From: Methanomethylovorans hollandica DSM 15978
GTDB taxonomy: Archaea > Halobacteriota > Methanosarcinia > Methanosarcinales > Methanosarcinaceae
Assembly: GCF_000328665.1 (NCBI RefSeq)
Contig: NC_019972.1
Location: forward strand, 186,001 to 250,000
DNA length: 64,000 bases
Reading direction: 5' to 3'
The notes under the pieces were generated by a model. It was given only the letters and a program-made list of their open reading frames with translations. It ran no database searches and was not told the origin of the DNA. The translations under genes were made by a program, and so were the position numbers. Each line of letters starts with the position of its first letter. Positions within the stretch are counted from its first letter, which is position 1. Below are positions 51,121 to 60,496 of the stretch, in pieces.

Positions 51121-53895
51121 TCAGTATTCAAATAATGATTTCTGACGTTTTGTTCCTTTATCGTTGTTATCTGTTGAGGGTTGTTTATCTATTGGAGCTG
51201 GTTCAGAGTTTTTCTTTTTGGGAGATTGTTCTTCCTTTTCTTGTTTTCCAAAGTCAAATAACCCTTTTTGGTTCTGATTGATCTCAAGAGTTGTTCTCTT
51301 CACTCCAAACGTTTCAAGTAATCTCAATGCCGGAGGGATGATTTGTTTTTGAATGTAGTAATTGGTATCTATTGGGATGTTATGTTCAATTACATAAGCT
51401 GGATCTTCGGCTTGTTCGACATAACCTGATCCCACAGTTGTAATCAGGAATGGAATTCTTTCTCCAGTAATTGGAACCTGACCGCCTCTTTCTCTGATCT
51501 TTTCAACTACAGTAAGATGTGGTTGTTTGTTCTTGTATGAAGATGGTGGCCTTGATAGTGTTTTACTTAAAGTAAGTTCTGCAATAAATGCTTCATCTCT
51601 GGTATCATTTATTTTCCTTATTTTGGCGATGACATCTTGTACGTATGTAATACACTTATCAACATCTCCTTCCTTAAGTATAGCTTCAAGAATAATATTT
51701 AGTGTCTTGGAAGTAAGATTACACCAATCCCTTCTTACTGTTTCAAGGCCCTTAACTTTGATTTTCTGAATCCACCCGTCTTTTGCCTGTTCGAACTGCC
51801 ACATAGCATATCTTTTCTTGGCAACCAGAAGGATCCTCTTAGCTGTTGCTTCGTACTGAAGTTCCATTGGTTCCGGTAGTTTACTGGTAACTACTTCTGC
51901 TATCTTTTTTCCTACAAGTGCTGACATATCTAATGTGAATTCTTCTTCTTCGAATTCATTTCCATTAATGTCAGTGCAATGGATAAAGATAGAATCTGTA
52001 TCGCCATAGATAGGTGTAAGAAGGACTATTATATCGTTAGGTTGTGTTCCATCCGATTCATTAGGAGTTAGAGCTTGATTATCTCTTATAGTGAGGGTTA
52101 CGATCTCATTGTTTATTGTATTTTGAGTATTGCGGATGTTTTCTCTTCCGTAGCTTGTAACAGAGTTTGCAACTTCAAGACTGAATAATCTTGCCCGTAT
52201 ATAGCCTGAGTAACCATAAAAGCTGTTAAGTAATATTTTCAGAGCAAGCTGAGTAGCATCAAGAACACGCTTTTCGTTTTCATCTCTTGCGTTTTTCATC
52301 ATCTTTTTAGTTGCTACTCTTTTATCAAGGAGACCTTCAAGTATACTGGGAATTATTCCTTTGAATATTTCCGGTTTAATGAAATGACCATCGGAAGGCG
52401 ATATTATCATTGATTCTTTTGGTGTTGTTTTATCTATTATAACGGTTGTATAGCAAAGGTTCCTTGCCATCATTATAGTTGGATAGAGAGATTTATAGTC
52501 TTCTACAACTGTGTTACAATGCAGGCCTTTTTTAGGATCAAGTACATCAGCTCCAACTACATTGCTTTCTCTTTCTCTTTCTTCAACAATTTCATCGTTT
52601 GGCTTCATAGCCATTAATCGATCTATTTCCCTGAATCTAGACATCAATAGCTGTTCTACCAGGTTTGTCTGGCCACCATTAATTACGTCCTGTAGTGGTC
52701 TGCCGCTAACCTGTGCTAATGCTAGATATTTATCAAGCAACTGGAGTTTCAGAAGGAGCTCAAGTGCAAGCTCAGAGTCTCTCCTGGAATATTCGATGAA
52801 TGTATGAATCTTGCTAGGATCGTTCCAGTATGCTTCCATTTCCTGTGGTGGAACATCAAGTTTCTCTTTACCAATGAGTTCTTTGGCTACGTTTTCGAGC
52901 TTGTATCTTTTTAGCTTGAATCCTTCTCTTATGAGTGGTAGTACATCTGCAACTATTCTTCCAGATATTGAAACAGATGTAGTTGCTCCAAATACTCGGA
53001 AATTTAAATCTCTATTATCTCTTCCAATCTTGAAATTGATTACAGGAGTTCCGGATTCAGTATTTATCTTTTTACATCTATCAACAACGTATTTTGTATC
53101 GAACCCATCAGTATTAAATCCAGTTAAAACATCAGGATCGTATTCTCGGACGGTGCTGAAAAATGCATTTATCATGTCATTTTCATTATCATAACATTCC
53201 GTTTCTTTGTCAACGCCATCGATCTTTTTCGATGCAAGGACCAATGTGTTCATTCCCTTGTATTCTGGAGAGAATGCTATGCTCATTAGAATGATTGGAG
53301 ATTTGTCTGGAGTTGGAAGAGCTCCATTATCAGGCAAACATTCAATATCCCATGCAAGATATTTGAAAGGAGCATGTGCGATTTTATCAATTTCTTCTAC
53401 TTTTTCTGCAGTGATAATTTCTTCACATATGATGTTCGTTGGGTGAAGTTCTTTTTCTGCAGGAGCTGGAGTTATAGTTATCCATTTCAAAGGATGTAGA
53501 TTCTTATCAATGAGGAAACGATTGTGGAAGAGAACATCAGCTTCAAATATTTCATTTACACCTGGAAGATCACGTATCTGATCTCTGATATCCCTTACAT
53601 CAGTCGGGAGCGTGACAGTGATTTTTACAATTGGTACTTTTTTAGTTTGATAGCCAATTGGAAGAAATTTTTCTACAATATCAGCTTTTTGAATACAGTC
53701 GAATGCGTCTGTAAGATAGTTGCATAGTTCGGCTGGATTATCTGCCTGTGCAAAGAAATACGGCTCGAACCCTGGAACCAGACAGCATATGCTCTTTCCG
53801 GCATCATCTTTTCCATAGATGCGAATTATAGGCCGGTTACTGTCAATGTAGTAATCGATATCGATTATCTGTATATTTTGGCTATTATTTTGCAT
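51121..53895 (-). CDS. polB: Family B DNA polymerase (euryarchaeal type)
   Basis: Exonuclease motifs WDIECL, GFNTDGFD and YSRRD; polymerase motifs DYKSLYPTIM, KILLNSFYGY, YGDTDS, KKRYA and KGLETVRRDW; two C-terminal QxxLFxF/Y motifs. Confidence 0.96.
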   Translation of the reverse strand: MQNNSQNIQIIDIDYYIDSNRPIIRIYGKDDAGKSICCLVPGFEPYFFAQADNPAELCNYLTDAFDCIQKADIVEKFLPIGYQTKKVPIVKITVTLPTDVRDIRDQIRDLPGVNEIFEADVLFHNRFLIDKNLHPLKWITITPAPAEKELHPTNIICEEIITAEKVEEIDKIAHAPFKYLAWDIECLPDNGALPTPDKSPIILMSIAFSPEYKGMNTLVLASKKIDGVDKETECYDNENDMINAFFSTVREYDPDVLTGFNTDGFDTKYVVDRCKKINTESGTPVINFKIGRDNRDLNFRVFGATTSVSISGRIVADVLPLIREGFKLKRYKLENVAKELIGKEKLDVPPQEMEAYWNDPSKIHTFIEYSRRDSELALELLLKLQLLDKYLALAQVSGRPLQDVINGGQTNLVEQLLMSRFREIDRLMAMKPNDEIVEERERESNVVGADVLDPKKGLHCNTVVEDYKSLYPTIMMARNLCYTTVIIDKTTPKESMIISPSDGHFIKPEIFKGIIPSILEGLLDKRVATKKMMKNARDENEKRVLDATQLALKILLNSFYGYSGYIRARLFSLEVANSVTSYGRENIRNTQNTINNEIVTLTIRDNQALTPNESDGTQPNDIIVLLTPIYGDTDSIFIHCTDINGNEFEEEEFTLDMSALVGKKIAEVVTSKLPEPMELQYEATAKRILLVAKKRYAMWQFEQAKDGWIQKIKVKGLETVRRDWCNLTSKTLNIILEAILKEGDVDKCITYVQDVIAKIRKINDTRDEAFIAELTLSKTLSRPPSSYKNKQPHLTVVEKIRERGGQVPITGERIPFLITTVGSGYVEQAEDPAYVIEHNIPIDTNYYIQKQIIPPALRLLETFGVKRTTLEINQNQKGLFDFGKQEKEEQSPKKKNSEPAPIDKQPSTDNNDKGTKRQKSLFEY

Positions 53896-53989
53896 GTGTC
53901 TACTTGTTTGCTTTTTTAATTCTACATGAGCTTCATATTAATAAATGATTTGGGTTTACCTACAAAAAAAAGATGAGCCAATAAATGGC

Positions 53990-56221
53990 TCAATATGTTT
54001 CAGTATTTGAATCCATTAAATTGCTAATAGCTTCGGAGGATTCTGGTATTTTGAGAGAGCTGCTTAGTCTGGCTGTTCCAATACATTCACACGATTTCAC
54101 AGGATAATTATCTGTGTTCGTGGCATCGAGAACATAAGGTTCATCACAGATTGAATCCTGATTTGCATCTGGAGTGATTTGACTGAATCCGGTACCTGTT
54201 GGGTTTAGCCATATATTTCCATATCTATACTTGTCCCAAGTATTAGAGGGACTATTATCTAGTATGACATCTACTGTGTTATTGAAGTAGTTGTAGAAGA
54301 AACTATTTCCGGTTGAATCTTCAAGTGAAATAGCTGCTTCATTTAACTCATTCAAATTATTGAAGAAAACACACCCTGTACTTCCAGTTATGAGTAGGCC
54401 GGATGAATCTGAGTTAGAAATGTAATTAGATGTCATTTCTGCATTGTTTGACTTAAAGATGCTAAGGCCTTCTTCTTTATTATCCTCGATCCAGTTACAT
54501 ATTATTTGTGGATCAGTCGATTTTGAAATGAGTATTCCACTATCTTTGTTCTTGATGACCTTGTTTCTGATAACAACTGCATTTGGAGAGGATTCAATGG
54601 CTATACCCTGTTTATCATTGTTATAACATTCACTGCCTAATACGGTATTACCGGAACCTCCTGTTACATGGATCCCGACTTTGTCATTTAGTGAAGCATT
54701 GTTTGCCCGGATTATTGCATTTGAACATTTCTCAATAAGAATACCATCATCATTATTGACAGCTTTGTTCATGAGCAAATCTACATCTGTAGAACTTACT
54801 ATACGAATACCGGCACCATCATTAGAAGTTGCTGTATTGGAGTGTAAGAAGATTTCTGATGACCCGCTTATATAGATTCCGCCGTCTTCTGCAGATTCAA
54901 TAATAGAGTTTCCGATATGGGGTTTGGTACATTTATCGAAATAGTAATTGTACGTTTCTGAGTTTGTTACTTTAGATGCATATATTGAAAAATCATTACA
55001 TGATAGAGCATATACTCCAGTTTCACATGAGTCTATCGCAATTGTTTGAATAATTACTGAATTACAATTGATCAGACAAATGCCATACTTACTATTTGAA
55101 AGTGATTTTGCATCAATGATAGTTATTTTACTGCTATTGATACACCAGATTGATCCGGCATTTGCAAAACTACTTTGACCTTCTTTGTTACAAAGATAAT
55201 AAATCTTATTCCCACCAACAGTATTCGTTGAATCAATATCATTGACCATTGTTGATGGATTTGTCTTATCTATGTAAACATTGAAATCATATTCTTTATT
55301 GCCACTCATTTGATTTCCTGATAGCTGGTTAGCATAGGACTTCTCAAGATATATGCCTGTTCCATCGTTTTCCTGGATAATGTTATTGGTAATGGTATTC
55401 TTAGTTGATCTGACCAGTTGGATACCATTATCATCGTTGTTAGTAATCGTTTGTCCGTTGATAGTATTCGATGTTGATGCAGTCAGTAATATAGCTTCTT
55501 TTCCGGATCCTGTTATCTGGTTGTTGTTAATTGTATTTCCAGAACAGGTTGCCAGGGAGATAGCTTGATAGTTGTTGTCAATTAACTGATTGTTCTGAAT
55601 AGTGTTTCCTGTAGAACTTGAAGATAGTTCAATACCCTTCTTGTTTTTACTAATTGTAGAATCAGTTATCTGACCATTTGTTGATGTGACCAAGCTGATA
55701 CCATTCGCATCATTGTTCTCTGATTTACTGCCTTCTAAAAGATACCCAGATGCTTTTTTTAGGTAAATACCATCTTTTGTATTGTTGTGAATGTTGCTTG
55801 AGACAATTTCACTGCCAGAACAGGATTCAACATAGATTCCGTATTGGAATTTCGAAATGTCTACATTTTGGAGAAGGACATTATTTGCTGTTATTTTAAC
55901 ACCTATATTTTCTCCTCCGGTTGCTTTGACAGTGTTTATTGTAACATCCGGTGATTTAACCCATACAGCTGGTAAAGCTATATTTAGTGGTTTGATACAA
56001 GCAGGAGCTGTACCAGTTGACTGTATTGTGATAGTCTTGTTTACTACAACATTTTCAGTGAATGTACCTGAAATAATTAGAGTATCTCCGGCTGCTGCGT
56101 TGTTGATAGCTGTCTGAAGAGAGCCACCGTTGACATTAATTGTTGCAGCCAGTGCTGGACTTGTTGCTACTAAAATTAGTAGCATCGCTATACATATCTG
56201 TATGATTACTGTTTGTTTCAT
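53990..56221 (-). CDS. Secreted right-handed parallel beta-helix (NosD/CASH) surface protein
   Basis: Signal peptide, LQTAINNAAAGDT, many GI.L...N.I..N repeats, GNIWLNPTGTGFSQ...D.YP. Confidence 0.88.
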   Translation of the reverse strand: MKQTVIIQICIAMLLILVATSPALAATINVNGGSLQTAINNAAAGDTLIISGTFTENVVVNKTITIQSTGTAPACIKPLNIALPAVWVKSPDVTINTVKATGGENIGVKITANNVLLQNVDISKFQYGIYVESCSGSEIVSSNIHNNTKDGIYLKKASGYLLEGSKSENNDANGISLVTSTNGQITDSTISKNKKGIELSSSSTGNTIQNNQLIDNNYQAISLATCSGNTINNNQITGSGKEAILLTASTSNTINGQTITNNDDNGIQLVRSTKNTITNNIIQENDGTGIYLEKSYANQLSGNQMSGNKEYDFNVYIDKTNPSTMVNDIDSTNTVGGNKIYYLCNKEGQSSFANAGSIWCINSSKITIIDAKSLSNSKYGICLINCNSVIIQTIAIDSCETGVYALSCNDFSIYASKVTNSETYNYYFDKCTKPHIGNSIIESAEDGGIYISGSSEIFLHSNTATSNDGAGIRIVSSTDVDLLMNKAVNNDDGILIEKCSNAIIRANNASLNDKVGIHVTGGSGNTVLGSECYNNDKQGIAIESSPNAVVIRNKVIKNKDSGILISKSTDPQIICNWIEDNKEEGLSIFKSNNAEMTSNYISNSDSSGLLITGSTGCVFFNNLNELNEAAISLEDSTGNSFFYNYFNNTVDVILDNSPSNTWDKYRYGNIWLNPTGTGFSQITPDANQDSICDEPYVLDATNTDNYPVKSCECIGTARLSSSLKIPESSEAISNLMDSNTETY

Positions 56222-56410
56222 ACTAAACCTCTTTTATACAATTGCACGTAAAACATCTGGTTTTTTCAGTTTGTTGTATTGTCTGAGATAACCTGGAGTC
56301 TTGCCTGTGCTTGCTAAAATGGTAGGGAATTATATGAGATGTTTTTCTATATTAACTATACGAAGATAGTTAATAGAAAAAAAGAGGAAAATATCCTCTA
56401 CCTAAAAGAA

Positions 56411-57262
56411 TTACTTTCTGCAATGTTTCCTGGCAACAATAACTATGGATAATCCTGCAAGGGTCACACTAAAGCCAGGAGCAGAACTTGCTTCTTGTGC
56501 AGGTGGTTCGGATGTTTGAGATGAATTAATATTTGAATTGATATCTTCGATTTCTACTGAGGATGGACCGCTATATACTGTTTCATTAGACATAGTTTCG
56601 TTATGTGAAAGTGCTGAATAATCAATATCACATTTTATGTATGATAGTTCTGCCGCAGGATCATATTCCACAGCATATTCCTTGTGAACATAATCTGCTA
56701 TAATGGATGATCCATCTGCTGACCAGTACAATTGTACTAAATTATTTTTGTACATTTCCTGGGGATAAACTCCTTCAGTATACAGGTCGAAGAAGAATTC
56801 GTTTATTCTTTTTCCGGTTTCTGATGATCTGACCTCAAATCCAATTAATTTTCTTCCAGTACCGTTGTTATCCACGACGTTTTTCTCTTCTGGAATAACA
56901 AACATACTGCTGTCCGGGGAAAAAGCTACTCTGAATGGAAGCATTCCAGATGCATGTATCTCGTATAGGATATTTGCACTTTTGTACATTTCAAATTTCG
57001 TTGCCAGATATTCTCCGTTGGGACTCGTTACGTTTCTGTAACACCCTGTTGTAGATATTGGAAAGTTTTCCAGTGAATCTATTCCTTTTTCTTCCATTAC
57101 AATTTGTCTGACATTTCTGCTTTCAGGATTTGTAACAGCGGTATTGAGAAAAGTTCCTTCACTTAAGTCATATGTTATATCAGTAACGAAGTTTTCAGAT
57201 GCACTGGCATTTAAGATCAGCAATGAAATTTCAAAAAGTATAAAAAATATTTTTTTAATCAT
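56411..57262 (-). CDS. Secreted PGF-CTERM-anchored protein
   Basis: Signal peptide; SPNGEY, FSPDS and QLYWSADG; C-terminal APGF plus TM and basic tail. Confidence 0.75.
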   Translation of the reverse strand: MIKKIFFILFEISLLILNASASENFVTDITYDLSEGTFLNTAVTNPESRNVRQIVMEEKGIDSLENFPISTTGCYRNVTSPNGEYLATKFEMYKSANILYEIHASGMLPFRVAFSPDSSMFVIPEEKNVVDNNGTGRKLIGFEVRSSETGKRINEFFFDLYTEGVYPQEMYKNNLVQLYWSADGSSIIADYVHKEYAVEYDPAAELSYIKCDIDYSALSHNETMSNETVYSGPSSVEIEDINSNINSSQTSEPPAQEASSAPGFSVTLAGLSIVIVARKHCRK

Positions 57263-57313
57263 TAGATTACCTCTTATGAGATGAGATTAGTATCAAAAAG
57301 AATATGGATTTTT

Positions 57314-57727
57314 CTAATTGGTTACTTCAATTAGAAATGGTATTAGACTAGGAGGAAATTCTGTTTCTTCTTCTAGAATACTATGGACTTGTTCTGATGT
57401 CATGTTTTCCTGGGATTGTATTCTTTCAATTATAACTTCTGGCACTTCAAAATAATGACAGGCTGATGATGAAGTGGTACTGATCGGTGGAATCTGAATT
57501 ATGTTTAATTTTGCTATGCTGACAATTACATCTACTGCTCTTGATCTCCTATTCCAATGACTCTCTGCTACAATCAATGCTTTTATGTTTGGGGATTTTT
57601 TTAAAATTGTTTCGATAGTGGTATAATTTGGGCAGAAAGTGAGATGAATTATCTTGTCTTTTGGTGATATTGTTTTTAACTGTTCCTTTGTTGTCACTAA
57701 TCGTACTCTATTTGTATTTAGTTCCAT
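57314..57727 (-). CDS. DUF1699 family protein (divergent paralog)
   Basis: RVRLVTTKEQLKTI...IIHLTFCP......SPNIKAL. Confidence 0.65.
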   Translation of the reverse strand: MELNTNRVRLVTTKEQLKTISPKDKIIHLTFCPNYTTIETILKKSPNIKALIVAESHWNRRSRAVDVIVSIAKLNIIQIPPISTTSSSACHYFEVPEVIIERIQSQENMTSEQVHSILEEETEFPPSLIPFLIEVTN

Positions 57728-57793
57728 AAAACCATCTCTATAAGAGTCGTATTTTATAGAACGTTTGGTTTAGATAAAAACATTTTCATTGTT

Positions 57794-57832
57794 TTGACCA
57801 GGCCGCCCTGAATCCAGGGCGGTGGTCTCCTG
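57794..57832 (-). mobile_element. IS200/IS605-derived hairpin mini-element (PATE-like)
   Basis: Minus strand reads CAGGAGACCA-CCGCCCTG-GATT-CAGGGCGG-CCTGGTCAA: LE-like start, GC hairpin, TCAA end. Confidence 0.6.
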
Positions 57833-57845
57833 TCTATTCTTCGGA

Positions 57846-58013
57846 TCATGTTCTTCTCCGGAAATGTAACCAGAGCGCAACCAGTGAGCAAAGTAAAAAT
57901 ATTCCGAAATATTCTGGCTTCAAATTACTTGCCAATTCTTTAAATACATCGATGTTATCGATAATTGGTTGTATTCTGATCGGATAGATTTTTGGAATCT
58001 CATCAAGATCCAT
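57846..58013 (-). CDS. 55-aa single-TM small protein
   Basis: Below the track cutoff. MDLDEIPKIYPIRIQPIIDNIDVFKELASNLKPEYFGIFLLCSLVALWLHFRRRT with GGAG RBS. Confidence 0.5.
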   Translation of the reverse strand: MDLDEIPKIYPIRIQPIIDNIDVFKELASNLKPEYFGIFLLCSLVALWLHFRRRT

Positions 58014-58338
58014 TCTTTTTCTCCTGATGATCCGATTTTTCAGTTTTCTGTCTTTTGGACATCGAATATTGTATGTTTTTTTAGTGATAAGGAATAAACT
58101 TATAAACTTTTAGAACATAGTTGATCATGTACATCTTGAACTAGTGGATCTTTTTTATAAAAAGAAACGATGGTTCATCTATAGGCAATAGTAGTCAATC
58201 ACTGCACAGAGGCAGCATGCGAATAGGACAATGTATAGTTAATCGTAAACTAATAAAAAATGTTATTTCATATTTTCATTTTGTTGAAATAACTGTTTTG
58301 TTATATGCTATATATTTTGCTATGTTAATCGTCAATAA

Positions 58339-58590
58339 ATGTGCGGAGGAAATATGCAGACGGGACATCTAATTAATGGTAAGGTAATCAGTAATTTAGT
58401 TTTGTGTGGAGCTTTGATATTAACAATTGTTTTTTGTTATGCTCTTTTTTCAGCTGTAGTTTTTCAACATTACGTAACATTTCCTCTAATAGGGGTTCTA
58501 TCACCGATAAAGCTCTCTGGAATTGGTATATTCCTTGCTGTACTCTCACCAATGGTTATGGTCATTATAAAATCAGGCAATCGTTTCTAA
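58339..58590 (+). CDS. Small two-TM membrane protein
   Basis: Two hydrophobic helices; GGAGG before the second Met. Confidence 0.45.
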   Translation: MCGGNMQTGHLINGKVISNLVLCGALILTIVFCYALFSAVVFQHYVTFPLIGVLSPIKLSGIGIFLAVLSPMVMVIIKSGNRF

Positions 58591-58969
58591 AGGGATGTGT
58601 TATTATTTCAGGTATAGGTAAACCACAAACAACATGTAATGTCCGTGGAATATTAAGTTTTAGTATTGGTAGAAAGTTAGCAGCATTAAAGAAAGCAGCT
58701 CATTCAAGAAATAATCTACTTAAGAATGATACTAATGGAGATTTCTATGAAGTATCAACAGAGAATCCTGCTGGTCAAAGAACGTACTTGGGCGAGCAAT
58801 TGGGAATCGGAAATGCAAAAAAATTTAAATTGGCTGCACCGGGAATGAATTATAATCCTGATCCTGAAATATATGCAATGGATGATACCCTTAAAAATTA
58901 GCTTGTGTTTAAAACCATATGGGATGAAATTTGAATTCAAATTTGATGATGGATTTTATCAGGTTGGAG

Positions 58970-59062
58970 TAAGAAGACCACCCAGTGAACTACTCCTATC
59001 TGTCGCTGCGCTCCGAGGAAGGGGACTTCTCGCCTCTAAAGTTAAAAGAGGTGGTGGTTGGC
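58970..59062. mobile_element. Nested mini-elements: 48-nt LE-RE fusion (58985-59032, minus) inserted into the hairpin of another mini-element
   Basis: Removing 58985-59032 restores the hairpin ACCA-C-CCACCTCT-N9-AGAGGTGG-TGGT; the insert matches both ends of tnpB copy 1. Confidence 0.75.
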
Positions 59063-59076
59063 TTTCCTTTTAGTAT

Positions 59077-59949
59077 CTATTTTTTTTGCGTCTTTTTGTA
59101 GATGAACAACACGAAAATGCTTGTAATAAATGAAAATCCAGGAGCTGAACGTGCAGCACTGGTCTGGTTTGTGTCATTATAATTAATTGTTTTTTCTGAT
59201 ATGTTACTTTGACTTAAATTGTTGTATGTAGTTATTGTTGGTTCTTGGAAAGTTACTTTACTTTCATAAGGCAGCTCAGATAATAATTCGTCGTAATCTA
59301 TATCATACTTAAAATATGACAATGAAGTAAGTATTTCTCCATCTGGTTGTTTTTCGGCATGTAATACATCTGCTATTATCGACCTGCCATCCTGAATCCA
59401 ATATAATTGTATTATCCGATTAGTTGAGTTTGTTTCATCTATATCGGTATAAGGAATACCAAGACCAAATTCTTTGATTTGCTCTTGTTCTGGTGTATAT
59501 ACGATTATATTAGCTATAAAGGTTGGATTGCGTACAGTTGTATTGGGATCTCTGAAGGCCATTGAAGCAAGAACCATTTTGCTATCTGGTGAAAATGGAG
59601 AAGGGTAGGGTGTTGATGGTATCAAGTATGTAGCAATTTGTTTTCCATTTTTGTACATTTTAGTCCATTTCAGAGTATATTCTCCGTTTGGACTGGTTAT
59701 TGTTGCATTGAAAAAGGGTCTGAAGCTTAATGGGAAATGAGATAAATCCTTTACGTTTTCTTGTTCCATTATTAATTGTCTAGCGTTTTTAGTTTCTTCG
59801 TTTGTAACTGGTGTGTCGATGAATTCTTTTTCAGTTATTACTGTGTATTTCAGATGAGTTATATCTGATTTCGCTGTTACTATAGTCGAAGAAACTGATA
59901 TTAACAGAAATAAAACAAAGAGTACTGATGCCATTCTAAATGATTTCAT
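59077..59949 (-). CDS. Secreted PGF-CTERM-anchored protein, paralog of 56411-57262
   Basis: Shared PVTN.E..N.RQ..ME, SPNGEY, FSPDS, QLYW..DG.SIIAD and LSY.K.DIDY blocks, plus APGF tail. Confidence 0.75.
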   Translation of the reverse strand: MKSFRMASVLFVLFLLISVSSTIVTAKSDITHLKYTVITEKEFIDTPVTNEETKNARQLIMEQENVKDLSHFPLSFRPFFNATITSPNGEYTLKWTKMYKNGKQIATYLIPSTPYPSPFSPDSKMVLASMAFRDPNTTVRNPTFIANIIVYTPEQEQIKEFGLGIPYTDIDETNSTNRIIQLYWIQDGRSIIADVLHAEKQPDGEILTSLSYFKYDIDYDELLSELPYESKVTFQEPTITTYNNLSQSNISEKTINYNDTNQTSAARSAPGFSFITSIFVLFIYKKTQKK

Positions 59950-60117
59950 AATTCGAATTCCTTTATTTATTGCTGTGTACGTATGTATTTTTGTATTCTG
60001 TTAATAAGTTTTCTATTGTTTTTTTGGTGAGAGGAGAAATAGCAAGTTGGGTGGTAGATAGGGGAAAAAACGGCTGTACTTTTGCTATCTCTCAAAAAGT
60101 GTATGCTTTTTTTATTT

Positions 60118-60399
60118 TTATTCGATAACTTTAGTTGCTTCATATACACAATTGTTTGAAGATTTGTTAAATAAATCAATTCTGAAACTGCCTACTATAT
60201 TATTTTTTTCTTCGATAGCTTTTAGAAGATTCACTGATAAAGACCATCTTTGAGTTCGTATCTTTGTAGAAAGTGGCTTGCTTTTTTCTTTTGGAAAGAT
60301 ATCCTTCGGTGTGAAAAATATCTTTTTTGAATGTGCTCTCGCTTTGAAGTAATCCAGTAGTGCATCTTCAATTATTTTGTCCTGAAATACTGGTTGCAT
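60118..60399 (-). CDS. Small basic, possibly winged-helix protein
   Basis: 93-aa Lys-rich ORF; LLDYFKARA....FFTPKDI. Confidence 0.45.
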   Translation of the reverse strand: MQPVFQDKIIEDALLDYFKARAHSKKIFFTPKDIFPKEKSKPLSTKIRTQRWSLSVNLLKAIEEKNNIVGSFRIDLFNKSSNNCVYEATKVIE

Positions 60400-60496
60400 C
60401 TGTAATCCCCTGTTGTCAATTTATTTTATATGTAATAAGTGTTTCTGGTAAATCTCCTTGAATTCCTTAGTTACTTTCAGTGAACTACCTATATGT

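Noticed and set aside
51121..53895. Intein in PolB (also checked NrdD and Hel308)
   Set aside because: Lengths are normal, motifs are contiguous, and no intein splice-junction or LAGLIDADG signatures were seen.
58404..59073. ORFs 58404-58901 and 58873-59073 as real genes
   Set aside because: The first overlaps another ORF and has no recognisable motif (its 3' part may be a remnant); the second runs through nested IS-end sequence.
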